IMG/VR virus record: IMGVR_UViG_3300036832_000775
Coordinates: 1-64,000 of that record
Source: a virus
Length of the DNA: 64,000 nucleotides
Strand: one strand, 5' to 3'
This document shows positions 9,329 through 18,445 of the stretch, piece after piece. Numbering within the stretch: the stretch's first letter is position 1; every line of letters begins with the position of its first letter. Position numbers and translations under genes: made by a program. The notes beneath the pieces were generated by a model, which worked only from the letters and a program-made list of their open reading frames with translations, ran no database searches and was not told the origin of the DNA.

Positions 9329-10613
9329 CGGAGCCGGAGGTGCAGCTGGTTCATCGCTGACGATCGCGCAAGAGCTGGGGCAGCGGATGACCCAGTTCGA
9401 GGCCGCTTTGGCCGGGAGCGGAGTCTCGCCCAAGAAATTCGCGCGCGTCATCCTGACCGCAATCAACCTCAACCCCGATTTGCTCAACTGCGATCGACGC
9501 TCGCTCATGAACGCCGCCCTGAAGGCGGCCGCCGACGGGCTCGCGCCTGATGGGCATGACGGCGCGCTCGTGCCCTTCGAGGGCAAGGTGACCTGGATGC
9601 CGATGATCGCCGGGGTCCGAAAGAAGGTCCGGCGTAGCGGCGACGTCACCGCCTGGGACGTGACTGCCGTTTTCGCGAAGGACCATTTCGACTTTGAGCT
9701 CGGCGACAATCCCTGGATCAAGCACAAGCCCTGGATGCCTGGGCAGCTCGATCGCGGCGAGGAAGAGAGCGAGCCAGAATACCTCGCTCGCCTGCGTCGG
9801 CATGTCGACCATGGGCCGCTAACTCACGTTTATTCTGTCGCGATGATTAAGGGCGGCGACAAGTCCAGGGACGTCATGTCACGCGCCGAGGTCGAGCTGG
9901 TGCGCGACACGTATGCGCGGAAGAACCGCAAGGGCGAGTTCTCGCCGGCCTGGCGCAAGTCTTTCGCCGAGATGGCCAAAAAGACGGTCGCGCGCCGGCA
10001 CGCCAAGCAGCTCCCCATGTCTAGCGATATCCTCGGGTTGCTGACGCGCGACGATGAGCTATATGATTTGGAACGAGAGCGCGGCGAGCGCGTGCAAGCT
10101 CCCCGCGAGCTGAGTGCCCGACTAGACTTTCTCGCAGGAGTCGATCCTGAAACCGGCGAAATAGCGACTTCCGACGACGAGGTGATCGACTCCCTCGTCA
10201 AGGAACGCGCGGTCTCCGATGACGCCACTGGGGGTAGGATCCCAGCGGCCGAGGAGGCCGCGCAGCAATCTGGAGCCCCTCTCCCCGGGGGTTCCAGTGA
10301 GCGTGATGGGCCACTAGCAACGAACCCCGTCACGTCGGCACCCGAGCCGGATGATGTCTCGTCCGACTCGTCCGCGCCACCGGGAGCGGCGGATACCCCC
10401 TCGCAAGCTCCCGGTGGGTCGCCTCGGAAGGCCAAGGCGGCGACCCCCGACCTCCTGAGTCAGAATATCGCGCTGCGCGGCGACGAGATCGCTACGCAAG
10501 GCCGCCAGCAGCTAGAACGCTGGGTTAATGAATTGCCCCCGGACGAGATGGCGAAAATCTCGTTGGCGCAACTGAAAGCATGGCGCGGCGTCGCTGACAA
10601 GGTGGGCGTGTGA
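9318..10613 (+). CDS. recT: RecT-family ssDNA annealing protein
   Basis: NPDLLNCDRRSL..AAADGLAPDG..LVPF..W..EMAKKTVARR..KQLP. Confidence 0.88.
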   Translation: MPTNGAGGAAGSSLTIAQELGQRMTQFEAALAGSGVSPKKFARVILTAINLNPDLLNCDRRSLMNAALKAAADGLAPDGHDGALVPFEGKVTWMPMIAGVRKKVRRSGDVTAWDVTAVFAKDHFDFELGDNPWIKHKPWMPGQLDRGEEESEPEYLARLRRHVDHGPLTHVYSVAMIKGGDKSRDVMSRAEVELVRDTYARKNRKGEFSPAWRKSFAEMAKKTVARRHAKQLPMSSDILGLLTRDDELYDLERERGERVQAPRELSARLDFLAGVDPETGEIATSDDEVIDSLVKERAVSDDATGGRIPAAEEAAQQSGAPLPGGSSERDGPLATNPVTSAPEPDDVSSDSSAPPGAADTPSQAPGGSPRKAKAATPDLLSQNIALRGDEIATQGRQQLERWVNELPPDEMAKISLAQLKAWRGVADKVGV

Positions 10614-11021
10614 ATGGCCCAATTCGCCGCCCGCACAAGAGTTCCAATCGACAAGACCAAGGCCGATATCGAGCGCCTGGTGAAGCGTTACGGGGCCAAG
10701 GGCTTCGCCTCCGGCTGGCACAACGACGCCGCCCGAATCGAGTTCGTTTGCCACAACCGGCATATCCGCTTCACCGTCGTCGTCCCGCAAGGCGAACAGG
10801 CAGCGCGCCAAAAGTGGAGAGCCCTGCTTCTTTTGGTCAAGGCTAAGCTGGAAGCGGTCGACGCCAAGATCGCGAGCTTCGAGGAGGTCTTCGTCGGAGA
10901 GATCGTTATGCCGGGGACAGGCAAGACGATCTGGGAGACCGTGCGCGAGCCGATTCGCCTCAATTACGAGGGAAAGAAACCGACGCCGCTACTAGGATTC
11001 GAGCATGACCGGACCTCTTAA
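10614..11021 (+). CDS. Phage hypothetical protein
   Basis: RQKWRALLLLVKAKLEAV motif; coupled to recT. Confidence 0.7.
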   Translation: MAQFAARTRVPIDKTKADIERLVKRYGAKGFASGWHNDAARIEFVCHNRHIRFTVVVPQGEQAARQKWRALLLLVKAKLEAVDAKIASFEEVFVGEIVMPGTGKTIWETVREPIRLNYEGKKPTPLLGFEHDRTS

Positions 11022-11331
11022 ACTGCACCGCAGCTACAACTTCGTCGACAAGCATACCATCGTCGATGAGATCCGCACCGCCATTCAGGACAGTGGCGAG
11101 CCCGTCGAGTACATCGCCCACGCCGCTGGCGTCTCTCGGGCGACGATCGATTCCTGGCTCCACGGCAGGACCAAGAAGCCCTACTCGACCAGTCTCGAAG
11201 CGGTAGCGCGCGCTCTCGGGAAGCGCCTCACGCTGAGCGACAACGGCGATATGCAGCTCGTCGATGTCCCCCCTCCGCCGCCGGCCATTAAGAGCCGGCG
11301 ATTGTCCCTGGGCTGGAGACGCTACCAATGA
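11005..11331 (+). CDS. XRE-family HTH protein
   Basis: IAHAAGVSRATIDSWLHGRTKKP..LEAVARALG. Confidence 0.8.
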   Translation: MTGPLKLHRSYNFVDKHTIVDEIRTAIQDSGEPVEYIAHAAGVSRATIDSWLHGRTKKPYSTSLEAVARALGKRLTLSDNGDMQLVDVPPPPPAIKSRRLSLGWRRYQ

Positions 11332-11543
11332 TGACGCGCGAAGAATTTCTCACGGACCTAAAGCAGCGCGCGCTCGAGATCGCGCGCGCCGGAGATCTGC
11401 AGCATGCGGTGAGCATGATGACGGTGGAGATCAACCGCCGCCATGACATGAAAGTCCATCACGCCTTTACGTTAGCCGGCACGATGCACGCAATGAACGA
11501 CGACCGGCCAAAGGTCATCGACTGGATCGAGTCGATGTCATGA
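11328..11543 (+). CDS. Hypothetical protein
   Basis: coupled ORF. Confidence 0.6.
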   Translation: MMTREEFLTDLKQRALEIARAGDLQHAVSMMTVEINRRHDMKVHHAFTLAGTMHAMNDDRPKVIDWIESMS

Positions 11544-11746
11544 TCGAGGACATCACACTCGCCTGCCAGCTTATCGTCCTGGCCATGCTCATCGGCATCA
11601 CCTGGTTCGGTTGGCAGACGCGCAAAAACGTTCAGAAAACGGCTGATCTGATCACGCAATACAGGAGGGAAGTCGAATGGCTGGGAGCAAGAATCGACAT
11701 GCTGGAGCGATCAAGGCAATCGCAGAAAATGACCTCATCCAAGTGA
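11540..11746 (+). CDS. Small single-TM coiled-coil protein
   Basis: hydrophobic LACQLIVLAMLIGITWFGW then coiled coil. Confidence 0.55.
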   Translation: MIEDITLACQLIVLAMLIGITWFGWQTRKNVQKTADLITQYRREVEWLGARIDMLERSRQSQKMTSSK

Positions 11747-11968
11747 ACGAAGACGGGCCGCCGAACTGGTTCCGCTGTGTGCTTGCGGTCGATGAGGTGA
11801 AGAGCTGGGGCGTCCAGGCCTATTGCACGATTCCGCGAGCGCAAGGCGAGGCGTCAGGTGACGCCTACATGCGGCTCAGTTGGGGTGAGTTCGACGAGCT
11901 CGGCGTCAAGTCGAAGTTCGTCGCGGTCGAGGACTTCCGGGTGAACCCGGATTAAGGAGGAGGAAAGC

Positions 11969-12424
11969 ATGGCGCTAACACCAGCTGCATTACTTGCGTT
12001 CGTTTCGACTGTGTTCATGGCTCGATCCCTGGGCGGGGACCCGCCGATCGAGCTGCCGCCGGAGCCCAAGCCGGAGCCGCTGCCGGAGCCCAAGCCCCAG
12101 GAGGTGAAGGAACCGGAGCCCGAGGAGGACCCCGCTGCGCGCCACCAGCGCATCAGCAGGGAGATCGCCTTGCGCCTCGTGAGGGAGAATGTCGATTTGC
12201 GCGAACAGCTGATCTGGGAGCGGCACATGCGCGCCCAGCTCGAAGTGGAGCTCGCGCGGCGCAGCCAGCAGCTCGCCGCCCAGCAAGCGCCCATCCCCCT
12301 CGTGATGCCATCCGACGCCCAGCGCCAGCTGCTGGGAGCGCAAGTGCAATTTGGTTTCTGCACGTGCGTTCCCGGCCGCGCCGACGCGCTGCGTGGCCCG
12401 CAGCCTCATCGGATCGTTGGATGA
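11969..12424 (+). CDS. Signal/TM, Pro-Glu linker and coiled-coil protein
   Basis: AAGGAGGAGG RBS; N-terminal hydrophobic stretch. Confidence 0.65.
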   Translation: MALTPAALLAFVSTVFMARSLGGDPPIELPPEPKPEPLPEPKPQEVKEPEPEEDPAARHQRISREIALRLVRENVDLREQLIWERHMRAQLEVELARRSQQLAAQQAPIPLVMPSDAQRQLLGAQVQFGFCTCVPGRADALRGPQPHRIVG

Positions 12425-12583
12425 CCAAGTGCATCTGCGGCGAGGAGCACGAGCGTCACCCCGTCCCTCTGCTGAGCATGGGGCTCTCGACGACCGACGA
12501 AGTGGTCAGCGTCGAGCCCTTCACGGCCGAGGACGGGCGCCGCGCTTGGCGCTGCGTCATGGCTGACGGCGTCAGGGAGATCG

Positions 12584-12898
12584 TTGTCGAGCTCCGCGAG
12601 GCTCCGGCTAAGGGGGACGCTTAAAGTGCCGAAGCTTTGTCCCAGTTGCGGGCTCACGAAGCCTCTAACCGAGTTCAATATCCGCATACGTGATTTTGAG
12701 TTGATCCCGAGATGTCGAGCGTGCTGCGCCTCAGTTCATGCAGAGTGGCGTGCCGACAATCGTGAAGGCCTGCTTGAATACAACCGCGCCTACAATAAGA
12801 CGCGCCCGAAGCGATCTATCCCAAGAGAAAAGGCGACTGCAGCTCAACGAAGATGGCGAGCAAAGCGGCGGGCTCTCCTGCTGGGAACTCCGCTATGA
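12584..12898 (+). CDS. Zn-ribbon protein resembling the N-terminus of endonuclease VII/HNH homing endonucleases, no nuclease domain
   Basis: CPSCGLTKPLTEF..CRAC; AT-richer segment; start uncertain. Confidence 0.5.
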   Translation: MSSSARLRLRGTLKVPKLCPSCGLTKPLTEFNIRIRDFELIPRCRACCASVHAEWRADNREGLLEYNRAYNKTRPKRSIPREKATAAQRRWRAKRRALLLGTPL

Positions 12899-13428
12899 AG
12901 CGCGAATGTGGAGACTGCCAGCTCTGCTGCAAATTGCTCCCCGTAAAAGGGATCAACAAGCCGGCGCTCACCCGCTGCCCGCATCAGCGCCACCACAAGG
13001 GGTGCGCCGTCTACCATAAGCCCGAGAAAGGCTTTCCATGGGAGTGCGGCCTATGGAATTGCGCCTGGCTGCAGAACATTGACGCGGCGGAGCTGCGCCG
13101 CCCGGATCGATCCAACTACGTGATCGATGTCATGCCCGATTACCTCACGGCAGAGGGCGCCGATGGACAGAACATCGTGCTCCCCGCCGTCCAGATCTGG
13201 GCCGATCCAAAATACCCTGACTGTCACCGGGACCCCGAGCTGCGGGCATGGCTCGTGCGCCGCCGGGGCTTTGTGGGGCTCGTCCGCTACGGGGCCTACG
13301 ACGCCATCACGCTTATCCCGCCGTACATGATGGAGAACGGCGAGTGGCTTGAGAAGCGCAACGGCAATGTGCTTGAGAAGACGCATTCGTTCGGCCAGGT
13401 CCTCGAAGCCTTGAGCACTGTCGGATGA
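12895..13428 (+). CDS. Cys-rich YkgJ-like metal/Fe-S binding protein
   Basis: CGDCQLCC..C.H..GCAVY..C..WNC. Confidence 0.65.
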   Translation: MKRECGDCQLCCKLLPVKGINKPALTRCPHQRHHKGCAVYHKPEKGFPWECGLWNCAWLQNIDAAELRRPDRSNYVIDVMPDYLTAEGADGQNIVLPAVQIWADPKYPDCHRDPELRAWLVRRRGFVGLVRYGAYDAITLIPPYMMENGEWLEKRNGNVLEKTHSFGQVLEALSTVG

Positions 13429-13724
13429 AGCGCGCCGCCATCGCTGTGATCGCCATCACATTGGCGCTCGAGCCGGCCGCCGCGGCGAAATGCCATCATT
13501 TCAGCATTTGGAAATATCCCTGGCGGCAGAGCTGCCGGATGACCGCGCTCGCGCCGTCCTCGATACGCTCTCGGGCCAGGATCAACGTCATCCTGCCGGT
13601 GCCACGGCCTATTGAAATCCCCCTCCCCGATCTCACGAACATCGACTGGGGCCAGCTCCCCGACGATGACGCGCGCGGCAGGCTGATGCTGCGCGCAACT
13701 CTCCAAGGAAAGGAAGACAAATGA
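13425..13724 (+). CDS. Secreted hypothetical protein
   Basis: signal peptide MKRAAIAVIAITLALEPAAA. Confidence 0.55.
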   Translation: MKRAAIAVIAITLALEPAAAAKCHHFSIWKYPWRQSCRMTALAPSSIRSRARINVILPVPRPIEIPLPDLTNIDWGQLPDDDARGRLMLRATLQGKEDK

Positions 13725-14062
13725 GTGACGAAGCCCACCACACGGAGCCCCTAACCGTCGGTCACGGACGCCACGATTATTCCACCGCAGCGACCTTCAA
13801 CGAGCCAACGCAGCTCCGGCGCATGATCAGCGCGATCCCACCGAAGGTGGAAGAGATCCCTCACGACGCCGACGCCGAGATCGCCGCCGCGGCGACAGCT
13901 GCAGCGAATCACCGCTCCGAGGCCCGCCGTGACGCCGTCCTGGCGGTTGCGCTGGCTATCGCGCGGCGCGGTCAGAGCCCCGTCTCAGACTGGACGACGC
14001 GAGACACGGATACGGCTTACGCGATAGCCGACCAGCTCATCGCCCTGGGGCAAACTACCTAG
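13721..14062 (+). CDS. Hypothetical protein
   Basis: AAGGAAG RBS; last gene of the rightward operon. Confidence 0.6.
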   Translation: MSDEAHHTEPLTVGHGRHDYSTAATFNEPTQLRRMISAIPPKVEEIPHDADAEIAAAATAAANHRSEARRDAVLAVALAIARRGQSPVSDWTTRDTDTAYAIADQLIALGQTT

Positions 14063-14111
14063 CACGCCATGCAAAACAAAACGTGCAAATAGGGCAAAAC
14101 CGTTCTATGAT
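14060..14111 (+). promoter_or_regulatory. Operator variant plus sigma70-like promoter
   Basis: TAGCACGCCATGCAA (14060-14074); GTGCAA-17 nt-TATGAT (14083-14111). Confidence 0.5.
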
Positions 14112-14115
14112 TAAC

Positions 14116-14258
14116 GGCGTTCGGCTGAGTAGCGCCGGACGCGACGGCTGGCTCGAGCCCACACTCTAGCCAGCCAGCCCTGCGATGACCGAACGTGGGG
14201 CGAAGGAGAGGGGCCGGCTTCTGAAACGCGCCTCGTTATTGGGGTCGGCCTCTCTCTG
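14116..14258 (+). ncRNA. Candidate structured small RNA (three hairpins)
   Basis: ORF-free; stems cgttcggc/gccggacg, ggctggctcgag/ctctagccagcc, gagaggggccggc/gtcggcctctctc. Confidence 0.4.
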
Positions 14259-14297
14259 AATCACCCTACCACAGATCATCGCGTCGCGCCGCAGCGT

Positions 14298-14525
14298 TCA
14301 ATCCGGCGGCGCGCCGATCTTTCGGCGCACGTCATCACAATTATCGACGACGTTGATAATCTTGCCGTCAACGGTCTGAATCACGCACGCGATATCGTTG
14401 GCGAAATGATGTTGATGTTGCTCGCGGACCGCCCGCAGGCTGACAATCTCCGCCGGATTAACCCAGATCACTTGCTTGTCTGGGCCGTCGAGCGCCACCA
14501 AGGCGACGGCAAGCGCAGTGAGCAT
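14298..14525 (-). CDS. Small FlbD-like hypothetical protein
   Basis: IWVNPAEIVSL..VIQTVDGKIINVVD..DVRRKI. Confidence 0.45.
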   Translation of the reverse strand: MLTALAVALVALDGPDKQVIWVNPAEIVSLRAVREQHQHHFANDIACVIQTVDGKIINVVDNCDDVRRKIGAPPD

Positions 14526-14790
14526 TCCCCACAGCCAATCTCTCCCACGCCGTACTTATGTCATAGACCCAAGCGCGGGTCTCCTGTTCCCGATTCGTCT
14601 TCGCGTACTCACTGATTGCTGATGCCGAAAACGATGGCGCGCACGAGGTAGACGATCGCGGCGATAAACATCACCCAGGTCAGGATGGGCTGATCGAATC
14701 CGAATTTTGAGAGGAAGGCGAGCGCGAGGCAGAACAGGCTGCGCTCGGTGAGCGCCAGCGACTCATCGTCGCTGGCGAAGAAGACCGGCT

Positions 14791-15588
14791 TTAGTAGAGG
14801 GCGAGGCGCGCGCGAGCGCGTCGGCCAGCGAAGCCAAGGAAGACGAAACCGAGGAGCATCATTGCCCAAGTGCTCGCCTCCGGCACGGGTGGCCCGCTCA
14901 ACTGATTTACGAAGCCCGCGTTCGTCCATGCGGTGTCAAAGGTGGTCACGTCAAGCTTGCCGTTGTTGCCGATTGAAACATCCACAGCTATCGGCGCGAT
15001 GACAGTGCCCAGGCCAAACGAGCCGTTGAGCGTCAGGAAGTCCGCGTCGCTGTTGAAGCCCACCGGGATCACCGCATCCTCGATTTGGAACGTCGTCGGC
15101 GCAGTCAACCCTGCAGCCGCGTAGGCGAGGAGGATGTTGGAGAAGCTCACCGATGCATCGGCTCCCGGCAAGTTGAACGCCTTGCCGACATCCTGCCCCG
15201 CCGAGAGCGTGACCACTGGACCGTCAAACAGACCGTTCGTCTGGTCGAAGGCCGTCGCCGCCACCGTCGTCTGCGGGCCGAGCGAGAATGCGCCTGCAGA
15301 GCCGACGCCGGTCGCGCTCGTGATGGTCGGCAAGGGCGACCCGAGCGGCTCAAGGAGGAGCACGCGGATCGGCTGGTTGATGGTGTGATTGCCGACCTCG
15401 GTGATCGTCAGCGTATTGCTGTCGTTCAGGAGCACCGGATCGGAGCCGGTCGCGGTGGGCGAGCTGACATGGAACGACGCCGGGTCGCAGAACGTATTGC
15501 CCGCGGCGTCGGTAGTGCAAGCGGTCTGCGCGTGAGCCGCGCCAGCCGCCACGAGGATCGTGGCGGCGAGAAGTGTCTGTCTGAGCAC
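14791..15588 (-). CDS. PEP-CTERM (PEPxxWA subtype) surface protein
   Basis: Sec signal (AAHA/Q), Thr/Ser/Gly-rich body, VPEASTWAMMLLGF-TM-RRARAR. Confidence 0.88.
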   Translation of the reverse strand: MLRQTLLAATILVAAGAAHAQTACTTDAAGNTFCDPASFHVSSPTATGSDPVLLNDSNTLTITEVGNHTINQPIRVLLLEPLGSPLPTITSATGVGSAGAFSLGPQTTVAATAFDQTNGLFDGPVVTLSAGQDVGKAFNLPGADASVSFSNILLAYAAAGLTAPTTFQIEDAVIPVGFNSDADFLTLNGSFGLGTVIAPIAVDVSIGNNGKLDVTTFDTAWTNAGFVNQLSGPPVPEASTWAMMLLGFVFLGFAGRRARARLALY

Positions 15589-15597
15589 TGGAGCCTC

Positions 15598-16323
15598 CTA
15601 ATCGGCCAAACGCGGAGCGCGCTGCCGGCTGCGGAAGACCCCAAACAGGCCCAGCAACCCGAACCCTGCCATCAGCATCGCCCAAGTGGAGGCTTCCGGA
15701 ACGCCCGTCTCCATGGCTTGATTAAAGCCAGTTATGCTACCCCCGGTTGTGAGCGCGAGCGATGCACTCTCAGTCATACTAAACGGCGCGAGCGCAGAGA
15801 ACGCCGCGATGTTCGAGCCCGCGAAGCTGTCGGGGTTGGTCGTCGGCGTACCAGAGACCGTCTCCAATAAGCTGCCGGGGGTGTTCAGCGGATTCGCGCC
15901 CTGCGTATTGAGCGGGTCGGCCCAGAACGAGAGCGAGCTTGGCCCCGACCCAACCGCGTTGTTGAAGGTCAGCGAACCGCTGTCGCGGACGAAGGTGACC
16001 GGCGCGGCGAAACCAGTGTCGCCAGCGACCAAGCTGATGGTGATCGGCGCTCCCGACAGGTTCTCGATGTTGGAGCTCGAAAGCTGAAGCTCGTTAGGCG
16101 CGCCGAACGAACTCTGGGCCAGCGTCAGCTGGACGAACGCCCCGCCGACGCTCTGATCAATGGTTAGGAGGTTGTTCGCGCCGCCGCTGACGTCGCAGGA
16201 AAGCTGGCCGTCGAAGCAACTGAACGTGCTCCCGTTCGCGGAGATCGAGAGCTGCAGCCGCGCATAGGCAGGCGAGGCCGCAATCGCAGACAGAATCGCA
16301 GTGGTCACAAGAAGTTTGCGCAT
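15598..16323 (-). CDS. PEP-CTERM (PEPxxWA subtype) surface protein
   Basis: Sec signal (PAYA/R), Ser/Thr-rich body, VPEASTWAMLMAGF-TM-RSRQR. Confidence 0.88.
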   Translation of the reverse strand: MRKLLVTTAILSAIAASPAYARLQLSISANGSTFSCFDGQLSCDVSGGANNLLTIDQSVGGAFVQLTLAQSSFGAPNELQLSSSNIENLSGAPITISLVAGDTGFAAPVTFVRDSGSLTFNNAVGSGPSSLSFWADPLNTQGANPLNTPGSLLETVSGTPTTNPDSFAGSNIAAFSALAPFSMTESASLALTTGGSITGFNQAMETGVPEASTWAMLMAGFGLLGLFGVFRSRQRAPRLAD

Positions 16324-16388
16324 TGGATTACCCCGCTTTCGGTTCGGCCGAGGCTACGACCTTAACAATACATTTTCACAACGCCCTG

Positions 16389-16403
16389 TTGCACGCAATG
16401 CAA
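16389..16403. promoter_or_regulatory. Operator-like palindrome TTGCA-N5-TGCAA
   Basis: TTGCACGCAATGCAA upstream of the PEP-CTERM pair. Confidence 0.75.
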
Positions 16404-16412
16404 AAGAATCAG

Positions 16413-16919
16413 TCACGCCCGCACGTCGGACAAATATCTGGCACGCCCTGCGGGAAAGGCCCAGGCCATTTGTCGGCTGGCCGGAAAGGGCGAAGTGTCC
16501 GCCCCCTTCATCATCGCGAAGCGCTGACCGAACAGGAGGTCGGCGGCGGCGATCAAGAGGCCGATGAGGACGATGGCGCCGAGAATGTATTTGATCGCTG
16601 AGACATACGGGCCTGCGCCCATCTGCGTGCCGATCCAGTCGACGACAAGATTGATGACGTAGAGGACGACGACGGCGACGATCACCGCGATGGCGAAGTA
16701 GACGATGCCGAGCGGCGAAACGGCGACCGCGCCGCCACCGAGCCCGAACGCGGCTGCAACCGTGACGACGAGAGCGATCAGGAGCAACGCGCCGATCGCG
16801 ATCTTGGCGATCCGAGCAAAGAACTCATCCGGCGCGACCTTGTCGATGGAGAGAAAAAATATCCCACCCGCGGCCAGAACAGCGATGATGTTGACTACGA
16901 ATTGCACCAGGCCTGACAT
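16413..16919 (-). CDS. Four-TM membrane protein (holin-like position)
   Basis: four long hydrophobic segments; AGGAG RBS. Confidence 0.7.
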   Translation of the reverse strand: MSGLVQFVVNIIAVLAAGGIFFLSIDKVAPDEFFARIAKIAIGALLLIALVVTVAAAFGLGGGAVAVSPLGIVYFAIAVIVAVVVLYVINLVVDWIGTQMGAGPYVSAIKYILGAIVLIGLLIAAADLLFGQRFAMMKGADTSPFPASRQMAWAFPAGRARYLSDVRA

Positions 16920-17023
16920 CTTTGGCTCCTATTCAGTCGACGGCGGCGCAGTGGGAGGAACGCGCCGCCGCCGCCAAACCGCCTCGCCCCTTTCAACGAC
17001 GCGCCGCCAGGAGTTCAGCGATC

Positions 17024-18037
17024 TCACCATTTGATCATCTTCATCGTTGTGCTTGTCGGCTGAACATTGTTGTGGGCCACCCAGCTGCCCTGCGCGGCGA
17101 CGACAATGTTGGCGTAGCCGGTCCCGACATAGACGCCATTGGCGCTCGCGCCGCTCGTCGTCACATTGGTGAACTGCCAGCCGTTGCCGGGAGCGATGTT
17201 GGGGCCGAGGGCGCTGCCGTTGCCGACATTCGGGACATTGTGCGTGTGCGCGTCCTGCGAGGCGGAGTGGCCATGGCCCGAGTCGCCGCTGCCAGGATGG
17301 TTGTGTCCAGGCATCTCCGCGACCGATATCTGATGGGTCGCCTCGCCACCCGCGTTGACCCCCACTCCCCAGCTGTAGAGGATGCCGCGGTTGCCGGCGT
17401 TGGCGGCGTAAGGTCCCTGGCCAGGGACGGTGCCGATCTGGTCCGCCATCGCGAGCACGGTCCCGCGATAATCCGGCATCTTGAAGTAAGGGCCGCTGAC
17501 GCCCCAGGTCCCGCCGACGACGTCGTACAGGATGTCGTGCAGAGACTGGAAGACCCACCGACCGTCGCATGGGATCCAGCCGTTCCCGCACCATCCAGTC
17601 GGGAAATCGGCGATCGTCCCAGGGCTGCACTGGCCATAATCCCAATGAACGCGCCAGGGCAGGACGACGATGCCGTAAGGGATGCCGAACCCGGTCCAGA
17701 AATAGATGCCGTTCGTGTCTTGGCCGTTGTTCCCGCGCACGTAGATGGTGAAACCGTTGAGGTTGACGCTCGGCATGATGATGCGGCGGCCGGCGATCGG
17801 CGGGAAGTAGACGTATTGATCGCTGCTGAGCGTGCCCGTCAGGAAGATGATCGGGTTGGAGGCCTCGGCGAGCGTGAGCTGGTGCGTGCCGCCTGACACG
17901 GCGAGGCTGAGATAGCCGCCATACGCCGTGTCGAGCGTAGTGAGCGAGCTATCCATCGGCGTGTCCCAGCCGGTCGTCGCGTAGTCGCCGTGACCAGGGA
18001 TCTCGAGGCGGAGGTTGGGGGTGAAGGTTGAGGTCAT
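17024..18037 (-). CDS. Tail collar-domain fibre protein
   Basis: PGTIADF..GWIPCDG..LYDVVGGTWG..FKMPDYRG..GGEATHQIS..EMPGHNH..HNNVQP. Confidence 0.8.
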   Translation of the reverse strand: MTSTFTPNLRLEIPGHGDYATTGWDTPMDSSLTTLDTAYGGYLSLAVSGGTHQLTLAEASNPIIFLTGTLSSDQYVYFPPIAGRRIIMPSVNLNGFTIYVRGNNGQDTNGIYFWTGFGIPYGIVVLPWRVHWDYGQCSPGTIADFPTGWCGNGWIPCDGRWVFQSLHDILYDVVGGTWGVSGPYFKMPDYRGTVLAMADQIGTVPGQGPYAANAGNRGILYSWGVGVNAGGEATHQISVAEMPGHNHPGSGDSGHGHSASQDAHTHNVPNVGNGSALGPNIAPGNGWQFTNVTTSGASANGVYVGTGYANIVVAAQGSWVAHNNVQPTSTTMKMIKW

Positions 18038-18044
18038 GGCAACC

Positions 18045-18059
18045 TTGCAAATCGTGCAA
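18045..18059. promoter_or_regulatory. Operator-like palindrome TTGCA-N5-TGCAA
   Basis: TTGCAAATCGTGCAA, upstream of the counter-oriented membrane gene. Confidence 0.75.
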
Positions 18060-18097
18060 ATTGAACTATGTGGAGGTGTCCTACAGGAGTCGAACCC

Positions 18098-18445
18098 GTG
18101 AACATCACGCTATCCGTCCTCGCCGCGCTGATCATCTTCAGCTGGCTCCAGAACCCATTTGTTGAGCGGCTGATTGCAGTCGCCGGGCTCGGCGCCCTCG
18201 CGCTAGCCGCGATCTTCTTTGTCGGAGCGCTCGGCACGATGGGCCCGCCGCAACCGGAACAGGTCATGCGGCCGATGCCGCCGGGGTTCGCCGAACGCAT
18301 GACAGTCGTCATCTATATTGTTCTCCTCCTGTATTCGGCGGCCATTTGGGGCCTCATCGCGGTTGTCCGGAAGGTCCAGCGCCGCCGACAACAGCGGACG
18401 CCAACGGCCCTGACCCCGCGACAAGGCTATTCTCTACGCCCCTAA
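18098..18445 (+). CDS. Counter-oriented three-TM membrane protein (moron)
   Basis: AGGAGTCGA RBS, GTG start, three hydrophobic helices. Confidence 0.6.
   Translation: MNITLSVLAALIIFSWLQNPFVERLIAVAGLGALALAAIFFVGALGTMGPPQPEQVMRPMPPGFAERMTVVIYIVLLLYSAAIWGLIAVVRKVQRRRQQRTPTALTPRQGYSLRP

Noticed and set aside
14116-14258. tRNA or hammerhead ribozyme
   Set aside because: No cloverleaf with TTC loop and no complete CUGAnGA/GAAA core
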